A stretch of DNA of 64,000 bases from Clostridia bacterium (GTDB taxonomy: Bacteria > Bacillota > Clostridia > Oscillospirales > CAG-272), in the NCBI GenBank assembly GCA_017482055.1, contig JAFUOH010000003.1, positions 14,222 through 78,221 on the forward strand, written 5' to 3'. Shown in pieces: positions 46,301-54,918 of the stretch. The position numbers were made by a program, and so were the translations under genes. The notes beneath the pieces are model-generated. The model was not told the DNA's origin. It was given only the letters and a program-made list of their open reading frames with translations, and ran no database searches. Within the stretch, counting starts at the first letter, position 1, and each line of letters begins with the position of its first letter.

Positions 46301-46478
46301 ATACAACGACGAATCCCTTGAAAGCGTTATTGCCGAGGAACGGCTCAAAAAGCGCACTCCCGATGAGGATTCCGGTTACAGCGCATATATTTGGGTTGGC
46401 GGAGCTGTGCTTGTGGTGGCAGCTACAATAATCATCGTGGCACTTCTCAGCCGCAAGAAGGGTGATGCGCGTGAGTAA
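43371..46478 (+). CDS. Large secreted, C-terminally membrane-anchored protein of unknown function
   Basis: 1035-aa ORF with a GGAGG RBS and the signal peptide MKKAKLTKIFACAFICVAVFFSLPCLAADP. A single C-terminal TM helix (AYIWVGGAVLVVAATIIIVALL) is followed by RKKGDARE. No catalytic motif recognised. Confidence 0.85.
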   Translation: MKKAKLTKIFACAFICVAVFFSLPCLAADPVDEEKYIIESFDYEVGDFDAGENVKNVALQKLSTDIDGTVDTRSCLEVVGSYSDIGVLRSTVASFSEAIDLTEYRKVAYDIYVPIYEADPEAVYYTRLTLFSSDGSSTENLVSVESGQWCHIEADIGTWDSRGDIVSAEIAYVVDTVHTGYMWSGFYVDDIYAYDKVDRELAARFLFDKFESDGANAALSRDNTMLTLVSESFDSFSLSASVFMPETQYDVNCLRIKLANNTPSDTLTLHYTTFDTQANSEDKTVSIPIVPMSKADYYYAYVGDASMLRSIELIFDEGGGSVEIYSLSAISSYKADEYDVCGSVNICRLNDDLTSVNFYGEINREVALDHQDSRIAIYTYEADTLPTEDELAALEPIVTGDMTTRFELNWQMPADNPYACYSRYLAAVVHSDGSYTLIAPPFYIDNPGRRADDGKGFTSDVKGFAADDISLIGETDSGITQLTLDTRRAFTSKDAGEQFIYNGCVYYLNSEYLGQLSKQISVLHGSGVSVLLRYSGWDRAYKDELMLADSTNITANYINNTNASAGSDFIGALSAYTAKTWCADGSVVGVIFGEGENIIPVGETSVSEMIAYTARELCKIYFNLSSANSEAKVYISVTDLYDTDPATNVRELPLNEYLPAFISEAAQYGNYGWEIAVEVIERDKSFEADRITVNDCARLTELLYELGCSEKHLIFCDGTYAGSTERLSALIKQYVVGYYSAYFNDSIDAYIAIAGEKAASISETVRYIDTTEASVISATALLTLRIDSLADIIDGYDESKLPRRRLSYAEALYEAPTGIKGAYNYFVFDSASNLGSVEAGYYCGDMQIVRDGTTAMSVQLDSKLYGGEVSGNWLGIMHRFEYTENLEHTPIIAVTMRIENTVPAVVSEVPVKLVLRSENERFESIGELITSDWVTLYFDIGEFGGIEDTEMLQLLVGDGELESATLLIKDIKGLSREYNDESLESVIAEERLKKRTPDEDSGYSAYIWVGGAVLVVAATIIIVALLSRKKGDARE

Positions 46479-46740
46479 ATATCGTATCATTGGAATAATA
46501 CTTGCGCTCCTGCTGCTCATATTTGCGCTTACAGCGAAAACTGTGGGCGGCGAAGTTGCGGAGGGTATCATTCTTCCCTTGCTTGCAATGATGTGTGCCG
46601 TACTGTTAGTTATTGAAATCGTCACATACAGAAAATGTAAAGACGAGCAGGAGCCGACAAGGTTGATCGTGCGAATGATAACTCTCGCTGTTATGGAGGT
46701 ACTGCTTACCGCCGCAATAATCTATAAACTTGTAAACTAA
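46462..46740 (+). CDS. Small three-TM membrane protein
   Basis: 92-aa ORF overlapping the end of the 1035-aa gene. The start is ambiguous (GTG 46462, ATG 46465 or GTG 46471). Three hydrophobic helices. Confidence 0.55.
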   Translation: MMRVSKYRIIGIILALLLLIFALTAKTVGGEVAEGIILPLLAMMCAVLLVIEIVTYRKCKDEQEPTRLIVRMITLAVMEVLLTAAIIYKLVN

Positions 46741-46750
46741 AGGAAATATA

Positions 46751-47296
46751 ATGCTTCAAAGAAATTTTTCATCATCGGAGCCTATCGAAGAGCTTCCGAT
46801 AAGACTTTTCGGCGTTGTCCGCGAATCCATCGTGGACGGACCGAGACTCAGATATGTGATATTCACTCAGGGCTGTCCGCATAAATGCTATGGGTGTCAC
46901 AACCCCGAGTCCCATGCGTACGGTGGCGGCAAGCTGACCACCACCTCAAAGCTGTGGAACGATATAAAGAAGAATCCGCTTATCAAGGGCATCACCTTCA
47001 GCGGCGGTGAACCGTTTTTGTGGGGACACGAGCTGTATGTGATCGCCAAAAGAGCGGTGGAACACGGGCTTGACATTATGACCTACAGCGGATTTACCTA
47101 TGAACAGCTTTTAAAAAAGTGCGAGACTGAGCCGTCGGTGCATGAGCTTTTATCCGTAACCAATTATCTTGTGGACGGACGGTATGTGGATGCCGAGCGG
47201 GACTTGAATCTAAAATTCCGCGGCAGTACAAATCAGCGCATTCTGGATGTTACCTGTTACCCCAATTCAACAGAGGCATCGATTATTGAATTGTAA
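46751..47296 (+). CDS. nrdG: Anaerobic ribonucleoside-triphosphate reductase activating protein (radical SAM)
   Basis: 181-aa ORF with VDGPRLRYVIFTQGCPHKCYGCHNPES (CxxxCxxC cluster) and GITFSGGEP. Confidence 0.8.
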   Translation: MLQRNFSSSEPIEELPIRLFGVVRESIVDGPRLRYVIFTQGCPHKCYGCHNPESHAYGGGKLTTTSKLWNDIKKNPLIKGITFSGGEPFLWGHELYVIAKRAVEHGLDIMTYSGFTYEQLLKKCETEPSVHELLSVTNYLVDGRYVDAERDLNLKFRGSTNQRILDVTCYPNSTEASIIEL

Positions 47297-47328
47297 AAAA
47301 ATACTTAATCAAAAGGAGAAAATAAACA

Positions 47329-48495
47329 ATGTCCGAAGCATATTTATCTCGCGGCGTTTCCGCGACCAAGGATGAGGTACACAGCGCAATAAAAAAGCAG
47401 GATAAAGGCGTATTTGCGGGCGCATTCTGTAAGATAATCCCCGATCCCTGCGGAGATCCTGATTACTGTGCGGCAATGCACGCAGATGGTGCGGGCACTA
47501 AGTCCTCGCTTGCTTACATCAAATACAAGGAAACGGGCGATCTTTCCGCATTCTACAATATCGCCCAGGATTCCGTGGTCATGAACCTTGACGACCTGCT
47601 CTGTATCGGTGCTACCGACGGCTTCGTGCTTTCAAACACTATCGGAAGAAACGCACATCGTGTAAACGGCGAGGCTATCAAATCGGTTATCGACGGCTAC
47701 ACCGAGTTCTGCGAGATGCTGGGCAAGTACGGTGTTAACATTACCATGTCGGGCGGCGAGACCGCAGATGTGGGCGACCTTGTGTCCACACTTATAGTGG
47801 ACTCAACCTTCTTTGTAAGACTCAAGCGCAGTGACGTCATTGACTGCGACAACATTAAGCCGGGCGATGTTATCGTGGGTCTGTCCTCCTACGGAAAGGC
47901 GACCTATGAAAAGGCATATAACGCGGGCATGGGTTCCAACGGTCTGACCGCGGCGCGCCATCTTATGCTCTCTCACGAATATGCTAAGAAGTACCCCGAG
48001 ACTTATTCTAACACCATCGACGAGTCTAAGGTTTATTGCGGCACTTACGGTGTGAATGACATTCTTCCCGGTACCGACGTGTCGGTAGTGGATGCGATCC
48101 TTTCGCCTACTCGTACGTATGCGCCGATTATCAAGGAGATCCTTGATAACAAGCGTTCTGCGGTTCATGGTATGATCCACTGCACCGGCGGCGGACAGGC
48201 TAAGTGCAAGAATTTCGGAAACGGTATCCATTATATCAAGGACAACCTGTTCGACACTCCTCCGCTGTTTGCGGCAATTTGGAAGAATGCGGATATTGAA
48301 GATCGCGAAATGTATCAGGTATTCAATATGGGTCACCGTATGGAGCTTTACTGCGATGCGGCTGATGCACAGTATATGATAGATACTGCAAAGAAATACG
48401 GTGTTGAAGCGAAGATCGTAGGTCGCTGCGAAGCGGCTGCCGACGGAAAGAATAAGGTTACCATTACAGATAAGGGCAATACTTACGAATATTAA
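47329..48495 (+). CDS. AIR synthase-related (PurM superfamily) protein
   Basis: 388-aa ORF with an AAGGAG RBS. N-terminus YLSRGVSATKDEVHSAI...FCKIIPD...HADGAGTKS resembles the long PurM-like form seen in Bacteroidetes and Clostridia. Confidence 0.7.
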   Translation: MSEAYLSRGVSATKDEVHSAIKKQDKGVFAGAFCKIIPDPCGDPDYCAAMHADGAGTKSSLAYIKYKETGDLSAFYNIAQDSVVMNLDDLLCIGATDGFVLSNTIGRNAHRVNGEAIKSVIDGYTEFCEMLGKYGVNITMSGGETADVGDLVSTLIVDSTFFVRLKRSDVIDCDNIKPGDVIVGLSSYGKATYEKAYNAGMGSNGLTAARHLMLSHEYAKKYPETYSNTIDESKVYCGTYGVNDILPGTDVSVVDAILSPTRTYAPIIKEILDNKRSAVHGMIHCTGGGQAKCKNFGNGIHYIKDNLFDTPPLFAAIWKNADIEDREMYQVFNMGHRMELYCDAADAQYMIDTAKKYGVEAKIVGRCEAAADGKNKVTITDKGNTYEY

Positions 48496-48517
48496 TATCT
48501 AAGGAGGAAGCCGTGTT

Positions 48518-49453
48518 ATGAAAAAAAGAGTTCTTGTTGTCAGCAGTGCCAACATGGATTTTGTGATGAAGGTCAGAAAAATTCCTGATGGCGGTCAAAC
48601 CGTCATTGAAAAGCGAGGATACGATTATATTCCGGGCGGAAAGGGTGCTAACTCTGCTCTTGCGCTTGCCAAACTCGGTGCCGACAGTGTGTTCTGCACA
48701 AGACTCGGATGCGATAATCACGGTCAGAAACTGAAGGCTCTTTACAGCGACAGCGGAATTGATACCCGATTTATTGTCAGCGATAGAAATGCTCCTACGG
48801 GTCTTGCTTCGATTATTGTTGAGGAAAACGGACAGAATCGAATAATCGTATACCCGGGTGCAAACGAGCGCATCACTGCTGAGGACGTTGAGGATGCAAT
48901 GACTTGTCTGCCCGATGCGGTCTTTATGCATTTTGAAGTGCCCTTTGCAGCGGTCGTCGCAGCGACGGAGTTTGCAAACAAGAAGAAGATTCCAGTGTTT
49001 ATTGATGCGGGACCTGCGAGTTCGGACTATCCGCTTGAAAAGTTGGGACGACTCGAGGTTATCTCGCCGAACGAGAGTGAGACTTTGGCGCTTACAGGTA
49101 TACTTCCCAACAACGCTGACAATTGTCTTCGCGCATCGTATGAGCTTATGAAGCGTGTGGATACCAAGTATGTGGTCATCAAGCTGGGCGGACGCGGTGC
49201 GTATATTTACGACGGTACCTATGCCAAGCTTTTGACTACTTATGAGGGCCCCGTTGTGGATACCACTGCGGCAGGCGACGCCTTTACGGCGGCGCTGACC
49301 CTTGAATATCTCCGCTCCGGAGACATTGTACGTGCGGTCAAGTACGCAAATGCGGTCGGAACGCTGGTCGTCGGTCGTGAGGGAGCATCAAGCTCGCTTC
49401 CGACATCGGCTCAGGTCGATGAATTTATCCGTGCCAACGGTATTGTACTTTAA
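48518..49453 (+). CDS. rbsK: Ribokinase (PfkB family)
   Basis: 311-aa ORF with an AAGGAGG RBS. Motifs GGKGANSALALAKLG, NESE and DTTAAGDAFTAAL are present. Confidence 0.8.
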   Translation: MKKRVLVVSSANMDFVMKVRKIPDGGQTVIEKRGYDYIPGGKGANSALALAKLGADSVFCTRLGCDNHGQKLKALYSDSGIDTRFIVSDRNAPTGLASIIVEENGQNRIIVYPGANERITAEDVEDAMTCLPDAVFMHFEVPFAAVVAATEFANKKKIPVFIDAGPASSDYPLEKLGRLEVISPNESETLALTGILPNNADNCLRASYELMKRVDTKYVVIKLGGRGAYIYDGTYAKLLTTYEGPVVDTTAAGDAFTAALTLEYLRSGDIVRAVKYANAVGTLVVGREGASSSLPTSAQVDEFIRANGIVL

Positions 49454-49462
49454 GAGGTGGTT

Positions 49463-49879
49463 ATGGCGGAAAGAATACTCGGAGTTGATTTCGGCGACAC
49501 CCGTACGGGACTTGCGGTAAGCGATCTCCTCGGTATGCTGGCAAACGGTATCGGGTATGTAAACTCGAACTATATGCCCAAGACCGTGGATATGGTGGCT
49601 GAAAAAGCCAAGGAATACGGTGTTTCAAAAATAGTAGTTGGTCTGCCCATCAATATGAACGGTACCTACGGTCCTCGCGCGGAGCATGCGAGGGAATTTG
49701 CCGATATGCTGAAGGAAAAAACGAACCTGCCTGTGGAAATGTTCGACGAGCGGTGCAGTACCATGGCGGCGCATCAGATACTCAATCTGACCGACACTCG
49801 AGGCAAAAAGCGCAAAGCGGTAGTGGACACGCTGTCCGCACAGATAATTCTGCAGAATTATCTTGACAGCAAGAGATAA
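49463..49879 (+). CDS. ruvX: Holliday junction resolvase-like / pre-16S rRNA nuclease YqgF
   Basis: ILGVDFGDTRTGLAVSD N-terminal motif. ATG at 49463 follows AGAGGTGG; the track's GTG at 49457 is also possible. Confidence 0.85.
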   Translation: MAERILGVDFGDTRTGLAVSDLLGMLANGIGYVNSNYMPKTVDMVAEKAKEYGVSKIVVGLPINMNGTYGPRAEHAREFADMLKEKTNLPVEMFDERCSTMAAHQILNLTDTRGKKRKAVVDTLSAQIILQNYLDSKR

Positions 49880-49933
49880 ACAAAAACTCCCGGGCGATGA
49901 TAACATCTCCCGGGAATATCCTATATTTGACCA

Positions 49934-50983
49934 TTAGGGTGTAAATACCACATTTCCATCGGCGGCGGGCTCGGTGTAGTACTCAGTGCCCTCCGACTCC
50001 TCCGGCACGATCGTGCGGGTGTTGTCATAGGCTTCTGTGTCCACAATGTGGGTACGATAAAAATCCGCAAGTTGCTTGTAAGAGCTTATCTGCAAATGTA
50101 TACCGTCCGAAGCATGGGCGGGATCAAGGGTGCCGTCCTCTAAACTGAACATACCCGTTGGGTCAAGACAAAACAGCTCCAGCTCGGCGGCGGCGTTTCT
50201 CAAATATGCATTGAACACCACGGCTTTATCATTGGTGATGCCAAACTGAGTGGTTTCGGAGGCTTTTTGGGTGACGGGCATGATAAGCTGTAGATAGATA
50301 GGCACATCCGTGATCTTACGGATATTCGCGATAAGCTCTCTGAAGGTTATATCGAATTTGTCGAGCTTCCAGCCAAGCTCATTGAGTCCCAGCGCTATGT
50401 AGATCGTTTTATAATTGCCGCTCTCTCGTTCAAGCGCTTCAAACAACGTGTAGTTCTGGAGCTCGCCGTTTTCATCTTCCATACGGATAAAGGCTTTGGT
50501 CTGAACCGTTCCGACATTGGTGCCTACCGAGGAAAAATCATAGGGCGTCAACTCGGTGTACATGATAAGCCCCTTAGTGCGCGAATCCCCGATGAACACA
50601 GTGTCATTGAAATAATCGTATCCGACGGCGGGACTTTCGGGGACAGGAAGTGTGAAATCGTAGTAGATAGGCACATATACGGGTGCGGGAATGTCCGCTT
50701 CATTTGCCATATCGGATGGCTCGGCGGCAGGACTCGCATCCATTAAAGTCGGTGAGACGGTGTTTATATATGTATGCGTATATTCTGTGAAAAGCGAGAA
50801 TGTGAGCATTGATGCGGTGGTAAGCGCAAGCAGAGCGAGTATCAGCTCGAATATAAGGACCCATATGGGAAGCGGCGGCTTTTCGTACGTCGGCTCGCTT
50901 GGTGAATCCGCCGTATATTTGTACTTATCTGTACGCGGATCTGCCTTGATCGGATATATTTTGGTCGTCTCGCGTTCGCTCAT
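49934..50983 (-). CDS. Membrane-anchored SGNH/GDSL-family hydrolase
   Basis: Start chosen at ATG 50983 (MSERETTKIY), which has a GGAGGTG RBS. One TM helix is present. SGNH blocks seen: FIGDSRT, GLNELG and DGIHL. The track start at 51157 has no RBS and crosses the queH start. Confidence 0.75.
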   Translation of the reverse strand: MSERETTKIYPIKADPRTDKYKYTADSPSEPTYEKPPLPIWVLIFELILALLALTTASMLTFSLFTEYTHTYINTVSPTLMDASPAAEPSDMANEADIPAPVYVPIYYDFTLPVPESPAVGYDYFNDTVFIGDSRTKGLIMYTELTPYDFSSVGTNVGTVQTKAFIRMEDENGELQNYTLFEALERESGNYKTIYIALGLNELGWKLDKFDITFRELIANIRKITDVPIYLQLIMPVTQKASETTQFGITNDKAVVFNAYLRNAAAELELFCLDPTGMFSLEDGTLDPAHASDGIHLQISSYKQLADFYRTHIVDTEAYDNTRTIVPEESEGTEYYTEPAADGNVVFTP

Positions 50984-51073
50984 GCACTCACCTCCCGTTT
51001 TCGTTCTTTGACCACATATAATAATTATACCACAAAAACGCATTAACTGCAATATATAAACGGAAATTAAATT

Positions 51074-51703
51074 ATGAAAATAAATTACCAAGCCGAGCTT
51101 GAAAAGGTGCTTTGCCAAATAAGTGCGGAAAATACTCCTCCGAAGCTGCTGCTTCACGCCTGCTGTGCGCCCTGTTCAAGCTATGTACTCGAATATCTGA
51201 CCGAATATTTTGATATCACGGTCTATTTTTACAATCCCAACATCACGGATGCAGCGGAATATAAAAAACGCGCCGAGGAGCTGTCGCGGCTCATATCTTT
51301 GATGCCGCATAAGAATTCTATCGGGCTTATAATATGCGATCACTCGCCTGAGTGCTTCTATGACATCACCCGCGGGCTTGAAAAATTACCTGAGGGCAGT
51401 GTGCGCTGCTTTGGCTGTTATAAACAGCGGCTGGATGCCACGGCGAGGTACATGAAGGATCATGTGGGCGACTATGACTATTTTGCCACCACGCTTACTG
51501 TCAGCCCGCATAAAAATGCCGCGAAGTTAAACGAGCTCGGTGCCGAGCTTGCGGACGAATACGGTGTCAAATATCTGCCATCGGACTTTAAAAAGCGAGA
51601 AGGCTATAAGCGCTCCATTGAGCTGTCGCGGGAGTATTCACTGTACCGTCAGGATTTCTGCGGCTGTGAATTTTCACGGGATTACAAGTATGGAAACAGT
51701 TGA
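51074..51703 (+). CDS. queH: Epoxyqueuosine reductase QueH (DUF208)
   Basis: 209-aa ORF with the LLLHACCAPCSSYV motif, FYNPNI and a C-terminal YRQDFCGC, characteristic of QueH. Confidence 0.8.
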   Translation: MKINYQAELEKVLCQISAENTPPKLLLHACCAPCSSYVLEYLTEYFDITVYFYNPNITDAAEYKKRAEELSRLISLMPHKNSIGLIICDHSPECFYDITRGLEKLPEGSVRCFGCYKQRLDATARYMKDHVGDYDYFATTLTVSPHKNAAKLNELGAELADEYGVKYLPSDFKKREGYKRSIELSREYSLYRQDFCGCEFSRDYKYGNS

Positions 51704-52388
51704 ATTCGGCGGTATAACCTGTTTTGTAAAGCGTTCGTCGCGCAGAACCGTCTGCCTGCGAGTGCGTGATGACGGCGAGGCGGAAATACTTGCTCCGCGC
51801 AAGGCTTCTGCAGCGGAGATAGTGCGACTGCTTGAAGGATATGCTCCGAAAATTGCTGCGGAATGTGAGAAGAACAGACAGCTTGCCGCGAAAAGGGAAG
51901 CATTTGCGCTTGACTACGGTTCACGTGTGCGATTTCTCGGAGGTGAACGCGTGATACGGGCAGGAGAGCACGGATATGTTGGCTATGACAGCACGGATTT
52001 CTACGTGCCGCCGTCTCTGTCGGACGATGGCATACGTGCGGCGGTGGTTGCGGCGTACAAGCAGGCGGCGAGAGATTATCTTAACGCACGTGTGACGGTG
52101 ATTTCCGATAAAATGGGACTTGAGCCGCTTGCCGTGAAGGTCAATTCCGCGATCTCTCACTGGGCGAGCTGTTCAAAGAAAAGTTCGCTTAATTTTTCCT
52201 TCTACTGCATGATGGCAGAACCTGAAGCGGTGGATTATATAATCATCCACGAGCTGTGTCATATGCGTGAATTTAACCATTCACGGAAGTTTTGGGCGGA
52301 GGTAGAGAAGTATTGTCCGGATTATAAACGGTACCGCATGTACCTGCGCGATCTGTGGCGGGAGATACGCACGGAAAAGTGGGAATAA
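51690..52388 (+). CDS. YgjP-like (DUF45/M48 family) metal-dependent hydrolase
   Basis: Starts at ATG 51690 (METVEFGGITCFVKRSSRRT), overlapping the queH end. The HELCHMRE zinc motif is present. The track start at 51540 lies inside queH. Confidence 0.75.
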   Translation: METVEFGGITCFVKRSSRRTVCLRVRDDGEAEILAPRKASAAEIVRLLEGYAPKIAAECEKNRQLAAKREAFALDYGSRVRFLGGERVIRAGEHGYVGYDSTDFYVPPSLSDDGIRAAVVAAYKQAARDYLNARVTVISDKMGLEPLAVKVNSAISHWASCSKKSSLNFSFYCMMAEPEAVDYIIIHELCHMREFNHSRKFWAEVEKYCPDYKRYRMYLRDLWREIRTEKWE

Positions 52389-52392
52389 ATAC

Positions 52393-52430
52393 AAGGAGGC
52401 TGTTGGCAAAACAGCCTCCTTTGTGTTTGG
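52393..52430. terminator. Terminator hairpin between convergent genes
   Basis: 12-bp stem aaggaggctgtt / aacagcctcctt followed by a T-rich tract. Confidence 0.7.
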
Positions 52431-52455
52431 TGTGGGTGATGAGTTGACGTTTTGA

Positions 52456-53613
52456 TCACATATACTTCTTGATATCGCCGCACTCGTCGAGAACTGCCAT
52501 GATCATATAGAAGCGCGGAATATGGAAGGGACCCTTGAAAATATTGCCCTTCAAGGTGTTGGAAACGGTGTTATCATAGTGGAGGTAGCCATACCATTCG
52601 CCGTGCTTGTCGTCAACAAAGTATTTGGAAACATATTCCTTAAGCTCCTCGTATACGGCGTTATACTTTTCGTCGCCGAACAGGATATATGCAAGACGTG
52701 ATGCGATCATAGCCTCGCACTGCGGCCACCACAGCTTCATATCCCATTCAAGCTGTACGGGAGGCTTACCATCAACGTCGGTGAAAGAGATAAAGCCGCC
52801 ATACTTCTTGTCAAGACCAAGGGGAAGGGTGATGTCGATGATATGCTTGCCTGTGTAGATGGCTTCCTTGTTGCCTGTCATGATACCCTCGAGCATAATA
52901 AACCATGCCATTTCCATGGAGTGACCGGGATTCACGATTCTGCCGGTGGGAGTGTCAACAAATTTTCCGTCGGTGCTGACGCTTTCCATAAGCGCCCTTT
53001 CGGTGAGCAGCCCGGACTTCATGAAGCTTTCAAGCGTCTCACAACCGATTTTTTCATATCTTGCACGATTTTCGGTATCCACCTCACGGAGTACCTGATT
53101 TGTGGAGAGCAGCATCATAATGGGAGAAAGTCCCACGGTTTTTACGGTTTCGGGGTTATACTTGGGCGTATTCTTGCGCACACCTTTGCAGCACTCGTAG
53201 AATACGTCGAAATATTTTCTCGCGTTTGCAAGCGCGCCCTTGTCGCCTGTTGCTTGGTAGTATTCCGCACAGCCGATAGCGGCGAAGCATTCGGAGAAGA
53301 AGTAGCGCCTCTTCTGAATCTCACGGCCGTCACGGGTGACGGTGAAAAACATTCTGCCGTCGGTGTCGGTACACTTCGGAAGAAAATCATAAATACACTT
53401 TGCCGCTTCAAGGTATTTCGGATTCTTGTCGATGAGGTTGTATGCCTTTGAAAATGTCCACAGCGCACGTCCCTGGAACCACACGCTCTTTTCCTCGCCG
53501 TACAGATTGCCCTCCTCGTCGAGACAGGTCATGATTCCGCCGTATTTCTTGTCGATGGCATCCTCAAGCCAAAAGGGCAGTATCTTTTCGATCAGATCAT
53601 TTCTGTAATTCAT
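52456..53613 (-). CDS. N-acylglucosamine 2-epimerase (AGE) family epimerase/isomerase, copy 1
   Basis: 385-aa ORF with an (alpha/alpha)6-barrel AGE pattern: ILPFWL, WFQGRALWTFSKAY, NPGHSMEMAWF, KLWWPQCEA and GEWYGYL. Confidence 0.85.
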   Translation of the reverse strand: MNYRNDLIEKILPFWLEDAIDKKYGGIMTCLDEEGNLYGEEKSVWFQGRALWTFSKAYNLIDKNPKYLEAAKCIYDFLPKCTDTDGRMFFTVTRDGREIQKRRYFFSECFAAIGCAEYYQATGDKGALANARKYFDVFYECCKGVRKNTPKYNPETVKTVGLSPIMMLLSTNQVLREVDTENRARYEKIGCETLESFMKSGLLTERALMESVSTDGKFVDTPTGRIVNPGHSMEMAWFIMLEGIMTGNKEAIYTGKHIIDITLPLGLDKKYGGFISFTDVDGKPPVQLEWDMKLWWPQCEAMIASRLAYILFGDEKYNAVYEELKEYVSKYFVDDKHGEWYGYLHYDNTVSNTLKGNIFKGPFHIPRFYMIMAVLDECGDIKKYM

Positions 53614-53632
53614 AGTGGTGCTCCTTTCGTTT

Positions 53633-54790
53633 TTACATGTATTTTGTTATATCTCCGCACTCGTCGAGCACGGTCATTATCATATAGAAGCGCGGGATGT
53701 GGAATGGACCCTTGAAAACGTTGCCCTTCAAGGTGTTCGCGACAGTATTATCGTAATGTAGATAACCGTACCACTCGCCGTGCTCCTTGTCTACGAAATG
53801 CTTTTCCACGTATTTAAGCAGCTCCTCGTAGATTTTTTTGTATTTTTCGTCCCCGAACATTATGTATGCAAGGCGCATGGCTATCAAGGTCTCGCACTGC
53901 GGCCACCACAGCTTCATATCCCATTCAAGCTGCATCGGGGGCTTGCCGTCAGCGTCGGTGAAGGCGATGATTCCGCCATGCTTTTTGTCAAGACCCAGAG
54001 GAAGGGTGATATCGATGATCTTCTTTGCGATCTCGATAGCTTCGCGATTATCCGTGAGAGCTCCCTCCATCATCATGAACCATGCCATCTCTAACGAGTG
54101 ACCGGGATTCACTATCCGTCCGTCGGGAGTGTCGCGGAATTCACCCTCCACGGACACGCTTTCAAGCAGCGCCTTGTCGGTGAGAAGCCCGGACGTCAAA
54201 AAGCTGTCAACGCACGCCTTGCAGATACCCGCATATCGCTCGCTGTACTCGGTGTCGATGGCACGCATTACCTGTGCTGTCCACAGCATACTCATAACCT
54301 CGGAAAGCCCATAGGTCTTTCGGGTCTCGGGGTTGTATTTCGGAGTAGTCGGATACTTACCCGTGTGCAGGTCGCAGACAAGGTTAAAATACTTTCTCGC
54401 GTTAAGAAGCGCGGTTTTATCACCGCTTGCCTTGTAATATTCCGCACAGCCCATGACTGCGAACTTCTCCGCACCGAAGTAACGTCGCTGCTGTATGACC
54501 CTGCCGTTGCGGGTCATGAGAAATGCCATTCTGCCGTCGGGAGCCGAGGTCCTTATGAGAAAATCGTAGATACGCTTTGCCGCATCGAGATATTTTGGGT
54601 TTTTGTCAATTAGGTTATACGCCTTAGAAAATGTCCACAGCGCACGTCCCTGGAACCATCCGCTCTTTTCCTCGCCGTAAACATTGCCTTCTCTGTCAAG
54701 GCAGGTAAAGATACCGCCCTCCTCGTTATCAATGGCGTTATCGAGCCAGAAAGGCAGGATATTTTCAATAAGATCCTTCTTAAAATTCAT
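53633..54790 (-). CDS. N-acylglucosamine 2-epimerase (AGE) family epimerase/isomerase, copy 2
   Basis: Start chosen at ATG 54790 (MNFKKDLIENILPFWL), which has an AAGGAG RBS. This gives 385 aa, colinear with copy 1. The track start at 54823 adds 11 residues. Confidence 0.85.
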   Translation of the reverse strand: MNFKKDLIENILPFWLDNAIDNEEGGIFTCLDREGNVYGEEKSGWFQGRALWTFSKAYNLIDKNPKYLDAAKRIYDFLIRTSAPDGRMAFLMTRNGRVIQQRRYFGAEKFAVMGCAEYYKASGDKTALLNARKYFNLVCDLHTGKYPTTPKYNPETRKTYGLSEVMSMLWTAQVMRAIDTEYSERYAGICKACVDSFLTSGLLTDKALLESVSVEGEFRDTPDGRIVNPGHSLEMAWFMMMEGALTDNREAIEIAKKIIDITLPLGLDKKHGGIIAFTDADGKPPMQLEWDMKLWWPQCETLIAMRLAYIMFGDEKYKKIYEELLKYVEKHFVDKEHGEWYGYLHYDNTVANTLKGNVFKGPFHIPRFYMIMTVLDECGDITKYM

Positions 54791-54918
54791 ACGAATACTC
54801 CTTACATAAACTATTTCCGACATATTATCGGATGCTTATATCTAATTATACCATGTATCACGGCTTTTGCACAGTGCGAAAATTGCTGTTTGACAGTACA
54901 TTTTTTGCTGTATTTTTA

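Noticed and set aside
51540-51689. Long N-terminal extension of the YgjP-like ORF
   Set aside because: It lies inside queH in another frame. The ATG at 51690 gives the conserved family N-terminus.
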